This document shows, in pieces, positions 1-11,859 of a DNA stretch of 64,000 nucleotides. The notes under the pieces are model-generated. The model made no database searches. It had not been told where the DNA came from and saw nothing but the letters and a program-made list of their open reading frames with translations. The translations under genes and the position numbers were made by a program. Position 1 is the first letter of the stretch. The number at the start of each line of letters is the position of its first letter. Origin of the DNA: an uncultured Chloroflexia bacterium (GTDB lineage: Bacteria > Chloroflexota > Chloroflexia > Thermomicrobiales > UBA6265); contig CAVRUC010000003.1 in the NCBI GenBank assembly GCA_963724295.1, forward strand, positions 64,001-128,000, read 5' to 3'.

Positions 1-772
<772 letters not shown>

Positions 773-875
773 GCCGCCGCTCTCACTCATAGTCATTGCC
801 GCATCGATGCTCGCGAGGACGGCGCCTCCGGATCATGCGCCAGCGGCGCGCCGCTGGCAAGAGGGAACTTCCCTC

Positions 876-1535
876 TTAACCCTTGCCGCGTCCGTTTTCT
901 GATGGTTCCACGAGGTTCGTCACGCCCGCCAGGACCTTGGATGGCTCCAGCACTTCGTCGACGAGCCCGTACTCCTTGGCCTCCTCGGCGGTCATGTAGT
1001 AGTCGCGCTCGGTATCGTGCTTGACCTTCTCGTACGCCTGCCCGGTGTGCTGCGCCAGGATCTCGGTCAGCTTGGTCGTCAGCGACAGGGTCTCTCGCGC
1101 GACGACCTCGATGTCGGGGACCGCGCCGCGGAATCCAGCCGAGCCCTGATGGATCATCACCCGCGCGTTCGGCAACGCAAACCGCTTGCCCTTGGCGCCT
1201 CCAGCCAGGAGCACCGCCGCCATGCTGGCGCTCATGCCCATCGTAAAGGTGGCCACATCCGGCTTGATCATCTGCATGGTGTCGTAGATGGCCAGACCGG
1301 AGTAGACCACGCCACCCGGTGAATTGATGTAGAGCTTGATGTCCTGGTCCGGATCCTCATGCGCCAGAAACAGCATCTGGGCGATGATCAGGTTGGCGAT
1401 CTGGTCGTCGACCGGGGTGCCCAGGAAGATGATGCGGTCCTTCAGCAACCGCGAGTAGATGTCGAAGGCACGCTCGCCCCGGTTCGTGCTTTCGACGACC
1501 ATCGGGATGAGATTTTCAACTGATGGGATGTACAT
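876..1535 (-). CDS. clpP: ATP-dependent Clp protease proteolytic subunit ClpP
   Basis: Motifs [27 protein letters not shown] and MIHQ. Start chosen at MYIPS; the ORF extends to 1613. Confidence 0.96.
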   Translation of the reverse strand: MYIPSVENLIPMVVESTNRGERAFDIYSRLLKDRIIFLGTPVDDQIANLIIAQMLFLAHEDPDQDIKLYINSPGGVVYSGLAIYDTMQMIKPDVATFTMGMSASMAAVLLAGGAKGKRFALPNARVMIHQGSAGFRGAVPDIEVVARETLSLTTKLTEILAQHTGQAYEKVKHDTERDYYMTAEEAKEYGLVDEVLEPSKVLAGVTNLVEPSENGRGKG

Positions 1536-1789
1536 GTGGTCGGGTTCCTCTTCTCGTCGCGCCCGCATCACCTGGCCGAACCGACGCGGCGGCGACGTGC
1601 GGGGTGAGCTCAATACTGTGCGGGCATTCTACTGTCAGTGGCCGGCTTGGCGGTAGGCACGGAACCGGGAAGTTCGTCCTGATTGGACGCTTCGACGGAA
1701 ACGCCGCCTTCAATCCAACACCGGTATAGTTATGTCACGATCAGGGGCGCCTCGTCCAGCCCCCGGCTGAGCCGCCGGCGATCCACTAC

Positions 1790-3277
1790 TCACGCGTCCT
1801 CGCGCTTGGTGGCCTCCTCATCCGCACTTCCGTCCGCATCAGCCTCAGGCACATCGTCATCCGCGGCCACCATCTCCTCGCCCGCGGGGGACGACTCGGA
1901 TTGATCGGGCACCGGAGCCGTCCACGCGTTGACGACCGCACCCTGTCCCCCGGTCGCGATCTCCACGAGGCGATCGGTCAATTGCCGCTCGAACAGCTCG
2001 GACTGCAGCATGCCGCGCACGTAATCGCTGCGGGCGAACGCTTCGGCTTGTTGCGGTTGTTCAGAGGTCTGGGCCGCGACTGATATGCGCTCGACCGCCG
2101 CGTCGACGTCGTCGTCACCGACCGCGATCCCTTCCCGCTCAGCGATGGTGCGCAGCAGCAGCGAGTTCCGCAGCCGCTCTTCAGCCGCCGGACGCATCTC
2201 GTCCCGCAGCGCGTCTTCAGTTTGGCCGACGGCTCGCAGGTAGGCTTCCAGTGGGACGCCCTGTTGTGCCAACCGGCCACGGAGACGGCGCAGGTCGTCC
2301 TCGACCGCGCGATCGATCATCGGCTCGGGAAGATCGATCGTGGCGCCCTCCGCCATCTTCGCGATGATCTGGGCCAGTGCCTCGCGATGCGCCTCTGCCG
2401 TTCGCGTCTGGTGCAGCTCCTCGCGCAGCTTGCTCCGCAGCTCGTCGAGTGTGTCGACGTCGCCGACGGTCTTGGCGAAATCATCATCCAGCGGCAGCAG
2501 GTCTCGCTCCTTGAGACCCTTGAGCGTGACCGAGTAGCTCAGGGTCTTGCCGCGCAACGATTCGTCGATACTCTCGTCGTCCTCCGCGAACGGCACCGAG
2601 AACCCGGTGGTCTCCCCGACCCGCAGTCCCCTGATGGCATCCTCGATCGGCTCCAGAAGTCCACTCTCGCCCAGGACGAAGACCGCATCCACGACCGGTT
2701 CTTCGACGTTCGTCCCTTCCTCCTGGACGGTGTAATCGATGGTGACCTGGTCGCCATCGCGGGGAAGCCGACTCTTCGGGGTCAGCTCGAGACCCGCGCC
2801 TACCTGCAAGCCTTCACCCTGTGGGTCAATCCAGGGACTATGCGACTTGCGCAGGGCTTCGATCAATTCGTCGACCGCGGCTTCGTCCACAGCAGCGTCG
2901 ACGGGGTCGACGCGAACGTCCTGGTAGGCGCCGGGATCGATCTCCGGGTAGACCGGAACGACGACCGTGAACGACAGCGGTTCGTTCGAGCTGATGTCGA
3001 CGCTCGGATCTCCAACCGGGACCAGATCTTCACGTTCGAGCGCCTGCCGGTAGAGATCGGACATCAGGAAGCGGTTGGCTTCCTCCAGGAAGACCTCCGG
3101 TCCGTACATCTGCTCGATCATCGCCTTCGGCGCTTTTCCCTTGCGGAAGCCCGGCAGCGTGATCTGGTTGCCAACCTTGCGCACCGCTCGGCGCATCGCT
3201 TCGGCTGACTCCTCTTCCTCAGCGGTAATCTCGAGCTGCACGCGGCTCTCGGGCAGCCGCTCCATCGTCAACTTCAC
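1790..3277 (-). CDS. tig: Trigger factor
   Basis: PGFRKGKAP ribosome-binding signature, FKBP-like middle domain, and tig-clpP-clpX synteny. GTG start (VKLTMERLPES). Confidence 0.95.
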   Translation of the reverse strand: MKLTMERLPESRVQLEITAEEEESAEAMRRAVRKVGNQITLPGFRKGKAPKAMIEQMYGPEVFLEEANRFLMSDLYRQALEREDLVPVGDPSVDISSNEPLSFTVVVPVYPEIDPGAYQDVRVDPVDAAVDEAAVDELIEALRKSHSPWIDPQGEGLQVGAGLELTPKSRLPRDGDQVTIDYTVQEEGTNVEEPVVDAVFVLGESGLLEPIEDAIRGLRVGETTGFSVPFAEDDESIDESLRGKTLSYSVTLKGLKERDLLPLDDDFAKTVGDVDTLDELRSKLREELHQTRTAEAHREALAQIIAKMAEGATIDLPEPMIDRAVEDDLRRLRGRLAQQGVPLEAYLRAVGQTEDALRDEMRPAAEERLRNSLLLRTIAEREGIAVGDDDVDAAVERISVAAQTSEQPQQAEAFARSDYVRGMLQSELFERQLTDRLVEIATGGQGAVVNAWTAPVPDQSESSPAGEEMVAADDDVPEADADGSADEEATKREDA

Positions 3278-3834
3278 GCGTGCGCGTCCCCTATCAGTTG
3301 CACCGGGCGGATCGTCAAATCGACGAGTCGGCACAAGTGGATCGACCAAATGCCAGCGGGCCGCCGGAGACGGCGGCCTCGATGCGCCGGAAACTGGCCG
3401 GTGGTTTGCCAACCGGTGAGTATAGCAGACGGTACTCGGGTCCCAATTCCGACCAGTGAACCCCTGGCGCCACCGCTGAGCGGCCAGCACGATCCACGCC
3501 GCGTGTCGACCGGCTGTCACCAGATTCATCCCGAGCCTTGGCGGTACCGCTCTCCCTGCCGGGGAGATCGTAGGGTCCGTGCGATTTCCCAGCGGGCGGT
3601 ACCGTGGCACTGTGCCTCGAGAACACAAAATGTCTGCCTACGGGGCATAGAATCCTCATATTGTGTCTTCTTGTCACATGATTGCAGGGCTTTCGTTCCC
3701 GTTGTAATGTGCTTGCCAAGCAAAGTGTGGACTTGGCGACCGTATCGCCTGTCCCATTCCCCGCGCCGCTCCCCGCACTCAAAACTCGCGCGACCGTCAC
3801 GGCTGTACAGCCAGTGAGGTCGGTCACGGTCTAG

Positions 3835-3956
3835 GCGATGTCGCTGTCGCCGCCGGGATCCCGATCACCAGAGTGGTGATCGGTCCCTTCGGGACGACAG
3901 CCACCCGCGCTGGACGGCCAGCAGGTGGCCTGGTCCGAAGCACGGGTTCGCATCGC
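3835..3956 (+). promoter_or_regulatory. Candidate structured 5' leader RNA of the M23 peptidase gene
   Basis: Nested complementary segments: GCGATG/CATCGC closing stem, GCTGTCG/CGACAGC, CCGATCACCA/TGGTGATCGG, ACCCG/CGGGT, GGAC/GTCC and GGCCA/TGGCC. Ends immediately before AAGGGGA and the ATG at 3972. Confidence 0.4.
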
Positions 3957-3971
3957 AAGGGGGATTGGGAT

Positions 3972-5435
3972 ATGAGACGCGGTCGAGCTACCGCGCGCGC
4001 CAGGCGCAGGGCGCTGGCTGTCGCGCTCGCATTGGCGGTGGCGGGTGCAGCGGTGGCGCCGGTTGCTCCCGGTCCGGCAAACGTCGCGCGAGCCCAGGGA
4101 GGAACGGGAATCATTGCCCACAGCGCCGACGGTGTGCTGCTTCGGGCAGAACCTGACTTCGGGGCCAAAGTGCTTGCGACCGTGGCCGAGGGAACGGCTG
4201 TCGGCCTGCGCACCGACGTTGCCGACACGGTCTACGATCCTGACGGGGTCACCCAGTGGTGGCCGGTTAGTGCCGGAGACGACGATGGTTGGGTGGCAGG
4301 ATTCTATCTCGACATCGAGGGGTTCAGCGCCTCATCCGCGAGCGATCCCGCGGCGGATGCATCGATGGCGCCGGCACCAGGCGCGTCCCTCGGTGGCGAG
4401 GGCGCGGCGGAACCGGAAGAACAATTTCTTTCCACGTGGGATCTGGCAAACGCGGCCGCTCTGGTCGCCGAACCAGAGGGCGTCAATCTCCGACAAGACC
4501 CGGGCTCGAGTAGCCCGGCTGTCAAGTCGTTGTCCTACCAGACTGTCGTCGATCTGCGCGTCGACGAGGTCGACACGGTCTACGCCGAGGGGAGCCGCTG
4601 GTGGCCGGTGCAGATCGACGGTCTCGTTGGCTGGATTGCCGGTCAGTACTTGGCGCCGGCCGAGTCGACCTGGAGTGAGCCGGAGGTCGCCGCGGACGCG
4701 GCGGTTTCCGAAGCGCCGTCGAAGGTGGCCGACTGGTTCGAAGCCGGATCATATGTGCTCGCGGACACCGACGATGGGTCGGGTCTCAATATCCGCGCCG
4801 ATGGCGCCCCGGACGCCGAGCGAATCGGCATCGTGCCGGAGAATGACGTCGTCCAGGTCATGGACGGACCGTACAACGACCCCATCGGCAATCCCTGGTA
4901 CCTGATTACCGACGGCGAGATCACCGGCTTCGTCAGTGGCTGGTACCTCTCGCGCGCGGATCAGCCCGGCGAGGATCTCGCCCTGACCGATGTCCCTTCG
5001 AAGGTGACGATCCCCGGTCTGGCCTCGGGGACGTTCCAGTACCCGCTCGAGTCCTGGGTCTTCACGCAATCGTTCGGTTGCAGCCCCTTCGCGTTCGAAC
5101 CCTGGGATTCGACGATCGGTTGCAATTACCACAATGGCATTGACCTCGCCGCGAATTCCTATACGCCACTTCTGGCGGCAGACGGCGGAACGGTCGAGTA
5201 CTCGGGGTGGTGCGACTGCGGTCTCGGCTACTACGTCAAGATCGACCACGGCAACGGATTCAAGACGCTTTATGGGCATATGGCGGAGATGCCCTGGGTT
5301 TCAACTGGAGACGCGGTCGCCAAAGGCGATGTTATCGGCCCGGTTGGCAGTACCGGGGCATCGACCGGACCGCACGTCCACTTCATCGTCCAGGTGAACG
5401 GGATCGCCCAGGATCCACTGGCGTACCTTTCGTAG
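3972..5435 (+). CDS. Secreted SH3b-repeat M23 family peptidase (peptidoglycan hydrolase)
   Basis: Signal peptide. Three SH3b-like repeats (GVLLRAEP, GVNLRQDP, GLNIRADG ... GW/FV/IxGxYL). C-terminal M23 motifs HNGID, YGH and HVH. Confidence 0.88.
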   Translation: MRRGRATARARRRALAVALALAVAGAAVAPVAPGPANVARAQGGTGIIAHSADGVLLRAEPDFGAKVLATVAEGTAVGLRTDVADTVYDPDGVTQWWPVSAGDDDGWVAGFYLDIEGFSASSASDPAADASMAPAPGASLGGEGAAEPEEQFLSTWDLANAAALVAEPEGVNLRQDPGSSSPAVKSLSYQTVVDLRVDEVDTVYAEGSRWWPVQIDGLVGWIAGQYLAPAESTWSEPEVAADAAVSEAPSKVADWFEAGSYVLADTDDGSGLNIRADGAPDAERIGIVPENDVVQVMDGPYNDPIGNPWYLITDGEITGFVSGWYLSRADQPGEDLALTDVPSKVTIPGLASGTFQYPLESWVFTQSFGCSPFAFEPWDSTIGCNYHNGIDLAANSYTPLLAADGGTVEYSGWCDCGLGYYVKIDHGNGFKTLYGHMAEMPWVSTGDAVAKGDVIGPVGSTGASTGPHVHFIVQVNGIAQDPLAYLS

Positions 5436-5451
5436 TCTTCTCGCTTGGCAG

Positions 5452-5490
5452 GCAAGCTGGGGCGGGGTCAGTGACCCCGCCCCAGCTTGC
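5452..5490. terminator. Perfect 19-bp inverted repeat after the M23 gene (terminator or processing hairpin)
   Basis: GCAAGCTGGGGCGGGGTCA-G-TGACCCCGCCCCAGCTTGC. No U-tract follows. Confidence 0.55.
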
Positions 5491-5651
5491 GCCGCTGCGC
5501 GCTATACGGCGCGGCTGATGCGCTATGATGGCCGGGCTTTCCAGCACGCCAGGGGACGATCGGCACCGGCCCGATGGCGTGCGTCATCGCGAGCAAATGG
5601 CTGTGACGGGCTCGCTCTGCCTGATATCGCTTTCACTGTTCGGAGACGGTC

Positions 5652-7226
5652 ATGGATGCCGGGATCCAGGTCCACGGAGCGGTCGACTCGGAGCTCGAGG
5701 CGATCCTGAGCCCTGAGGCGCTGACCTTCGTCGCCGCCCTCCACCGCCGCTTCAGCGCGCCCCGCCGGGAAGTGCTGCGCGCTCGCGAGGAGTGCCAGGC
5801 CGCAATCGATACGGGCGGCGAGCTCGAGTTCCTGGCGGAGACACGATCCGTTCGGGATTCCCACTGGCAGGTTGCCTCGACGCCCGGGGACCTCCTCGAT
5901 CGCCGGGTCGAGATCACCGGCCCCTGCGATCGCAAGATGGTCATCAATGCCCTCAACTCGGGAGCCAAGGTGTTCATGGCCGATCTGGAGGACGCGTCGT
6001 CGCCGACCTGGAGTAACGTCGTCGACGGCCAGCGAAACCTCTACGACGCCGTGCGCCGCACGATCTCCTTCCAGAACCCGGACGGACGCGAGTACGCGCT
6101 GAATGATGAAACCGCAACACTCCTGGTCCGGCCCCGAGGCTGGCATCTCGACGAACGCCACGTGTCCATCGACGGCGAAACGGTATCCGGCAGCCTGTTC
6201 GATTTTGGTCTCTATTTTTTCCACAACGCCCAGGAGTTGATCGACCGCGGCTCAGGTCCATATTTTTACCTGCCCAAGCTGCAAAGCCATCGCGAGGCCC
6301 GGCTGTGGAACGACGTCTTCACCTATGCCCAGGATGCTCTCGGCATTCCCCGCGGCACGGTGCGGGCGACCGTGCTGATCGAAACGCTGCCTGCCGCCTT
6401 CGAGATGGATGAGATTCTCTACGAACTACGCGACCACGCCTCCGGTCTCAACGCCGGCCGCTGGGACTATATCTTCAGCGCCATCAAGACGTTCCGCGCA
6501 CGCAAGGGCGAGGCGTTGCCGGACCGGGCGCAGATCACGATGACCGTGCCGTTCATGCGCGCCTATAGCCAGCTCCTGGTCAAGACCTGCCACCGCCGAG
6601 GGGCGCACGCCATCGGGGGCATGGCGGCTTTCATCCCATCGCGGCGGGACGCCGCCGTCAACGAGACGGCGTTCGCCAAAGTGCGGGAGGACAAGGAGCG
6701 GGAGGCCGGCGACGGCTTCGACGGGACCTGGGTCGCCCACCCGGGACTCGTTCCGGTCGCCATCGAGATCTTCGACCGCGTACTCGGCGATCGTCCTCAC
6801 CAGAAGGAACGCCAGCGCGACGACGTCCAGGTCGCCGCGGCGCAGCTGATCGATTTCACGGTTCCCGGCGGTCAGATAACTGAGTCCGGAGTCCGCGCCA
6901 ACGTCAGCGTTGCCCTGCAATATCTCAATGCCTGGTTGCAAGGCACCGGCGCGGCGGCCATCAACAACCTGATGGAAGATGCCGCCACCGCAGAAATCTC
7001 CCGCGCTCAGCTCTGGCAATGGATCCATAACGGCGCGACCACCGAGGACGGCCAGCCGATCACGAGCGAGCGCTATACCCGAATTCGAGACGAGGAGCTT
7101 GCGAACCTTGGCGGCGCCGGGAGCGGCCGCTATCGGGATGCGGCCGAGATTCTCGACGGACTGGTGCTAGCCGAGGATTTCCCCCCGTTCCTCACGACCC
7201 CCGCCTACACGTACCTCGACGCGTGA
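5652..7226 (+). CDS. aceB: Malate synthase A
   Basis: Motifs [37 protein letters not shown] and [12 protein letters not shown]. Confidence 0.96.
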   Translation: MDAGIQVHGAVDSELEAILSPEALTFVAALHRRFSAPRREVLRAREECQAAIDTGGELEFLAETRSVRDSHWQVASTPGDLLDRRVEITGPCDRKMVINALNSGAKVFMADLEDASSPTWSNVVDGQRNLYDAVRRTISFQNPDGREYALNDETATLLVRPRGWHLDERHVSIDGETVSGSLFDFGLYFFHNAQELIDRGSGPYFYLPKLQSHREARLWNDVFTYAQDALGIPRGTVRATVLIETLPAAFEMDEILYELRDHASGLNAGRWDYIFSAIKTFRARKGEALPDRAQITMTVPFMRAYSQLLVKTCHRRGAHAIGGMAAFIPSRRDAAVNETAFAKVREDKEREAGDGFDGTWVAHPGLVPVAIEIFDRVLGDRPHQKERQRDDVQVAAAQLIDFTVPGGQITESGVRANVSVALQYLNAWLQGTGAAAINNLMEDAATAEISRAQLWQWIHNGATTEDGQPITSERYTRIRDEELANLGGAGSGRYRDAAEILDGLVLAEDFPPFLTTPAYTYLDA

Positions 7227-7227
7227 T

Positions 7228-8784
7228 ATGCACACGTCCAAGTCCGCCAGCGGCAACGATCTATCGACCTCCGACTTCCGACTTCCGACTCCCGACTCCG
7301 TATCGCACATGCGCGAGATTGAAGCCCTCGACCGCCAGACATTTGTCGAGCGGCTCGGATTCCTCTTCGAGGGCTCGCCCTGGATAGCGGCCGAGGCGTG
7401 GGACTCACGTCCCTGGCGCACCCGTGACGCACTCCACGCGGCATTGCTGGAGGTCGTGGCCCGGGCCAGCCAGGACCGCCAACTCGCCCTCATTCGGGCG
7501 CATCCCGACCTCGTGGGTCAAGCAGCGGTCGCCGGCACACTCACGCGGGAATCGACCGCGGAGCAACGCACCGCCGGTCTCGACCCGAATCGTCTCAGCG
7601 AAGAAGAGATCGTCTGGTTCCAGGAGGCCAACGCGAACTACCAGGCCAAATTCGGTTTCCCGTTCGTCATCTGCGCCAGGGACAACAAGAAGGACGCCGT
7701 CGCGACCGGTCTTGTCGAGCGACTGGGCAATGACCGCCGCACGGAAATCGAGACTGCCCTACACGAGATCGGGCGGATCGCCTGGCATCGCCTCAGCGAC
7801 GTCGTGGAGGATGACGTGACGATTCCTGGCGCAGAGACGAGCGGCGGAGACGCTCAGTACACGTTCGAGGTCTCCTACGGAAAGCATGGCGTCCCGGTCT
7901 ACCGCGTTTTCGCAACCCCACTCCGCGACGTGGCGCCCATTCCCGAGTCGTCGTTCACCGGCCGCGACAACAACCTGCTCGCCTGCGAAGTCGACGTCGA
8001 GGTCTTCGGCGACGAGTTTCTTCCTGCCTATACACACGGCGACAACACGATGCTCGTCGCTACCGACAGCATGAAGAACTTCATCATCCGGGAGTCCCTC
8101 ACCTACCCCGGCGCGACCCTGGAAGGTCTCCTCCATTTTCTGGGTGTCGGATTCGCGACCACCTATCCGCAAATGCACACGTTGACCCTGACCGGCAGGG
8201 AGATTCCGTTCTCCCCGGTGGTCATTCCGGATCGTGACGGCGGCCATTACCCTGGTGGGAACCTCTTCAGCCGCAGTCGGGGCGACCGCGCCTTCGCGTC
8301 AGTTTCGATCGACAAGCGCGGAGACGAGATCGCGGTCACCGACCACGATTGCGGTCTCTCCAGCATCGAACTGATGAAGCTGACCGGCAGCGCCTTCACC
8401 AGCTTCGTCCGCGATGATTACACGACCCTCCCGGAGCGCGGCGATCGTCCGCTGTACGTCACCATGGATCTTGGCTGGCGGTACGCCGATCCGCGGGACA
8501 TGCTCGATCTGACCAGGAGACGCTACATCCCCGTCGAGCAGATGCGTGACCTGATCGCGGCGACTTTCGACGATTTCGTGTCGGAGTCGATTCAGCATCT
8601 GCTGCACGAGATGGGACAACGCGCCTTCGAGCGCTTTCCGCAATTAGCCGCGCTACGCTTCGACGCGTTGAACCGCACCCGAGATCCCTACGGTCAGCGC
8701 CAGGATGATCCCCGGGTGAAGGTGTACAGCGATCCCTTCCCCGCCTACGGTCGGCTGACCTTCGCCATGCACCGCGGCGCTTAG
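7228..8784 (+). CDS. pucL: OHCU decarboxylase-urate oxidase fusion (PucL-like)
   Basis: N-terminal UraD domain ([31 protein letters not shown]). C-terminal uricase domain (SYGK, ATDSMKN, KLTGSAF, SESIQH). The start may be ATG 7309. Confidence 0.9.
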   Translation: MHTSKSASGNDLSTSDFRLPTPDSVSHMREIEALDRQTFVERLGFLFEGSPWIAAEAWDSRPWRTRDALHAALLEVVARASQDRQLALIRAHPDLVGQAAVAGTLTRESTAEQRTAGLDPNRLSEEEIVWFQEANANYQAKFGFPFVICARDNKKDAVATGLVERLGNDRRTEIETALHEIGRIAWHRLSDVVEDDVTIPGAETSGGDAQYTFEVSYGKHGVPVYRVFATPLRDVAPIPESSFTGRDNNLLACEVDVEVFGDEFLPAYTHGDNTMLVATDSMKNFIIRESLTYPGATLEGLLHFLGVGFATTYPQMHTLTLTGREIPFSPVVIPDRDGGHYPGGNLFSRSRGDRAFASVSIDKRGDEIAVTDHDCGLSSIELMKLTGSAFTSFVRDDYTTLPERGDRPLYVTMDLGWRYADPRDMLDLTRRRYIPVEQMRDLIAATFDDFVSESIQHLLHEMGQRAFERFPQLAALRFDALNRTRDPYGQRQDDPRVKVYSDPFPAYGRLTFAMHRGA

Positions 8785-8816
8785 GCGACCGCGAGCCCAA
8801 TCAGGAGACCCTATCG

Positions 8817-9179
8817 ATGGCTGGACGACTCACCACCCACGTGCTCGACACGGTCCATGGCCGGCCAGCCGCGGGGATGGCCATCGAGCTCTACCGGATC
8901 GACCCCGAGAGCGACACGCGAGAGCGGTTGCACGTGGTGCGTACCAATGGCGAGGGTCGAACCGACGGCCCGCTGCTGGCCGGGGACGCCTTGCGCGCTG
9001 GCATCTACGAGCTCGTCTTCGGCCTGGGTGACTATTTCGCGGCGCTGGGGCGGGCGAACGCACCGATTCCCTTCCTGGACAGGGTGCCCATCCGCTTCGG
9101 CATTTCTGACCCGGACGCCAACTACCATATCCCGCTCCTGGCCACGCCCTGGGCCTACTCCACGTACCGTGGCAGCTAG
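8817..9179 (+). CDS. uraH: 5-hydroxyisourate hydrolase (transthyretin-like)
   Basis: LTTHVLD...G+PA, TNGEGR and C-terminal YHIPLL..YSTYRGS signature. Confidence 0.96.
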   Translation: MAGRLTTHVLDTVHGRPAAGMAIELYRIDPESDTRERLHVVRTNGEGRTDGPLLAGDALRAGIYELVFGLGDYFAALGRANAPIPFLDRVPIRFGISDPDANYHIPLLATPWAYSTYRGS

Positions 9180-10443
9180 CGCAACCGCTCACCCAGGGCC
9201 ACTCAGCATCGACGCCCACGCACAGCGCGTGATGGTCCGTTGCGATGAGCTGGCCCTCTTCACCGAGGAACCGGGGCGGATCACCCGGCCCTACGGCACA
9301 CCGTCTCTGTCCGCGGCGCGCGAGAGGGTCGCACAATGGATGCGTGAGGCGGGGATGGACGTCCGCATCGATGCTGTCGGCAACCTGCGTGGTCGAGCGC
9401 ACGGTTCCGACCCGGCCGTGCCTGCGCTCCTGCTCGGGAGTCATCTCGACAGCGTGCGTGATGCCGGCCGCTACGACGGTCCGCTCGGGATCCTCGTCGC
9501 CATCGAAGTCGTCGACCTGTTCCGCGAAAGACGACAGGCTCTCCCCGTCCCGCTCGAAGTGATCGCGTTCGCCGACGAAGAAGGACTCCGCTTCCAGACC
9601 ACGTATCTCGGAAGCTGCGCGCTGGCCGGATCCTTCGACCCAAGGTTCCTTGATCTCGTCGACGCCGACGGGATAACGCTGCGCGAGGCGTTGGGGACGT
9701 TTGACGGCGATCCGGGGGCGCTGGCCGGCGCGGCGTTGCGGCCCGGTGAAGCGCGGGCGTATGTCGAAGTCCACATCGAGCAGGGGCCGTACCTGGAATC
9801 CGTTGCCGCGCCCGTGGGAGTGGTGACGGCGATAGCCGGACAGAGCCGGATTCTGACCGCGTTTTCCGGGGAAGCGGGGCACGCTGGCACCGTGGCGATG
9901 CATCTCCGTCGCGATCCGCTCCCCGCGGCGGCCGAGATTGTCCTGGCGGCGGAGGATCTGGCACGACAGACCTCCGGGTTGCTCGCGACGGTGGGAACCA
10001 TGGACGTCACGCCCGGCGCCAGCAACGTCATTGCCGGTCAGGCTCGCTTCTCACTCGATGTCCGGCATCCCGAGGACCCAATCCGCGGCAACGCGGTAGC
10101 TACCTTGGAGCGACGAGCGCGCGAGGTCGCCGCGACCCGTTCTCTCGGCGTCGAGTGGAGGGTTGCACGGGACCACCCCGCCGTCCCCTGTGACGACTCG
10201 CTCACGACCCGGTTGGCCGAGGCAGTCGCGGCCGCGGGCCTGCCCGTCGAGCGGCTCCCCTCCGGGGCCGGGCACGACGCGGTAGTGATGTCCGAGGTCG
10301 TGCCGGTCGCCATGCTCTTCGTCCGATGCGCCGGGGGCATTAGCCATCACCCAGCAGAGTCGGTACTGACGAGCGATGTCGCGGCCGCGTGTGACGTTCT
10401 CGATCGGTTCGTCACCATGCTGGCGGACGAGAAGCGGGGATGA
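9169..10443 (+). CDS. allC: Allantoate amidohydrolase (M20 family)
   Basis: Motifs GSHLDSV, GRYDG, DEEG, EVHIEQG, GHAGT, SGAGHDA and SHHPAE. GTG 9169 overlaps the end of uraH; ATG 9232 is an alternative start. Confidence 0.88.
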   Translation: MAASATAHPGPLSIDAHAQRVMVRCDELALFTEEPGRITRPYGTPSLSAARERVAQWMREAGMDVRIDAVGNLRGRAHGSDPAVPALLLGSHLDSVRDAGRYDGPLGILVAIEVVDLFRERRQALPVPLEVIAFADEEGLRFQTTYLGSCALAGSFDPRFLDLVDADGITLREALGTFDGDPGALAGAALRPGEARAYVEVHIEQGPYLESVAAPVGVVTAIAGQSRILTAFSGEAGHAGTVAMHLRRDPLPAAAEIVLAAEDLARQTSGLLATVGTMDVTPGASNVIAGQARFSLDVRHPEDPIRGNAVATLERRAREVAATRSLGVEWRVARDHPAVPCDDSLTTRLAEAVAAAGLPVERLPSGAGHDAVVMSEVVPVAMLFVRCAGGISHHPAESVLTSDVAAACDVLDRFVTMLADEKRG

Positions 10444-11822
10444 CCCAGTTCGACCTTCTCCTGCGCGGTGGCATCGTCGTGACTTCCGATGCTGACATCA
10501 TCGCGGACGTCGCGGTCAGCGACGGCGAGATCGTCGAGGTTTCACCCGAGATCATGGGCATGGCGCGTGAAGAAATCGATGCCCGCGGGCTACATGTCCT
10601 TCCGGGCGTTGTTGACGTCCACGTCCACTTCAACGAGCCAGGTCGGACCGAATGGGAGGGATGGGCAACTGGCTCGGCCGCCTGCGCGGTTGGCGGCACG
10701 ACGACCGTGGCTGAGATGCCACTCAATGCCCACCCGCCTACGCTCGATGGTCCGTCCTTCGACGCCAAACGAAACGCGGCCGAGGCGAGCTCCCAGGTCG
10801 ACTTCGCTCTCTGGGGCGGGCTGACGCCCGTCAACCTGGAGCGCATGGAGGAGCTGGCGGGGCGAGGCGTCATCGGGTTCAAGGCATTCATGTCGAGCTC
10901 CGGCATCGACGATTTCCCAATGGCCGACGACGCCACCCTGTTCGCCGGGATGCAGCGTGCGGCGGCGCTCGGCTTGCCGGTTGCCGTGCACGCGGAGAAC
11001 GACACGCTCACCGCGGCACTGGCGACGAGCGCCATCGCGACGGGGCGAGTCGGTGCCCGCGACTATCTCGCCTCGCGACCGGCAATTGCCGAGCTCGAGG
11101 CGATCGCGCGCGCCATCCTCTTCGCCAAGGAGACCGGGTGTGCCCTGCACGTCGTTCATGTCAGCACCGGGCGCGGCGCCGCGGAGATTGCCGCGGCTCG
11201 TGCCCGTGGGCTCGACGTCACGGCCGAGACCTGCCCCCACTATCTCGTGTTCGATGAGGACGACCTCGAGCGGCTCGGCGCGGTAGCCAAGTGCGCTCCC
11301 CCGCTGAGATCGCACTGCGAGGTCGATCTGCTCTGGCATGCTCTCGCGCGGGGCGATATTCAGGCCGTCGCCTCCGATCACTCCCCCGCCCCGGCGAGCA
11401 TGAAGACCGGTGATGATTTCTTTCGCATCTGGGGTGGTATCTCCGGTTGTCAGTCACTGCTGACGTCGCTCCTCTCTGAGGGTCATATCGCGCGTGAGAT
11501 CCCGTTGTCATCACTGGTGTCGATGGTGGCCGGCGCCCCCGCCGGCCGTTTCCGGATGGCCGGAAAAGGCCGCGTCGCCCCGGGATACGATGCCGACCTC
11601 ATCCTGGTCGATCTGGGCGAGCGGTTCACCCTGCGTGAACAGGAACTGCAGTACCGGCACAAGCACAGCCCGTTCGTTGGCATGACGTTCGCTGCCCGAC
11701 CGAGACGCACGATCCTGCGCGGGCAAACCGTGGCGATGGACGGAACGGCTGTGGGCGCGCCATGCGGCCGGCTGGTGACGCCTGCCATGCCGGTGCCTGT
11801 ACCTTTACCGGCGAACACGTGA
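10440..11822 (+). CDS. allB: Allantoinase
   Basis: Motifs DVHVHFNEPGRTEWEG, EMPLN, GFKAF, HAE, HVS, KCAPPLR, SDHSP and WGGI. Confidence 0.93.
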   Translation: MTQFDLLLRGGIVVTSDADIIADVAVSDGEIVEVSPEIMGMAREEIDARGLHVLPGVVDVHVHFNEPGRTEWEGWATGSAACAVGGTTTVAEMPLNAHPPTLDGPSFDAKRNAAEASSQVDFALWGGLTPVNLERMEELAGRGVIGFKAFMSSSGIDDFPMADDATLFAGMQRAAALGLPVAVHAENDTLTAALATSAIATGRVGARDYLASRPAIAELEAIARAILFAKETGCALHVVHVSTGRGAAEIAAARARGLDVTAETCPHYLVFDEDDLERLGAVAKCAPPLRSHCEVDLLWHALARGDIQAVASDHSPAPASMKTGDDFFRIWGGISGCQSLLTSLLSEGHIAREIPLSSLVSMVAGAPAGRFRMAGKGRVAPGYDADLILVDLGERFTLREQELQYRHKHSPFVGMTFAARPRRTILRGQTVAMDGTAVGAPCGRLVTPAMPVPVPLPANT

Positions 11823-11859
11823 GCAACGCGCCGCTCAGGCCGCAACGGGGTCCGTTTCA

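Noticed and set aside
3661..3680. CRP/Rex-like site TGTGT-N7-TCACA
   Set aside because: Spacing and half-sites do not fit either consensus.
3835..3956. c-di-AMP riboswitch, SRP RNA or tRNA identity for the structured leader
   Set aside because: The diagnostic conserved sequences of those RNAs and a cloverleaf could not be found. Kept only as an unassigned candidate.
8857..9168. Extended N-terminus of the allantoate amidohydrolase ORF
   Set aside because: It overlaps uraH out of frame.
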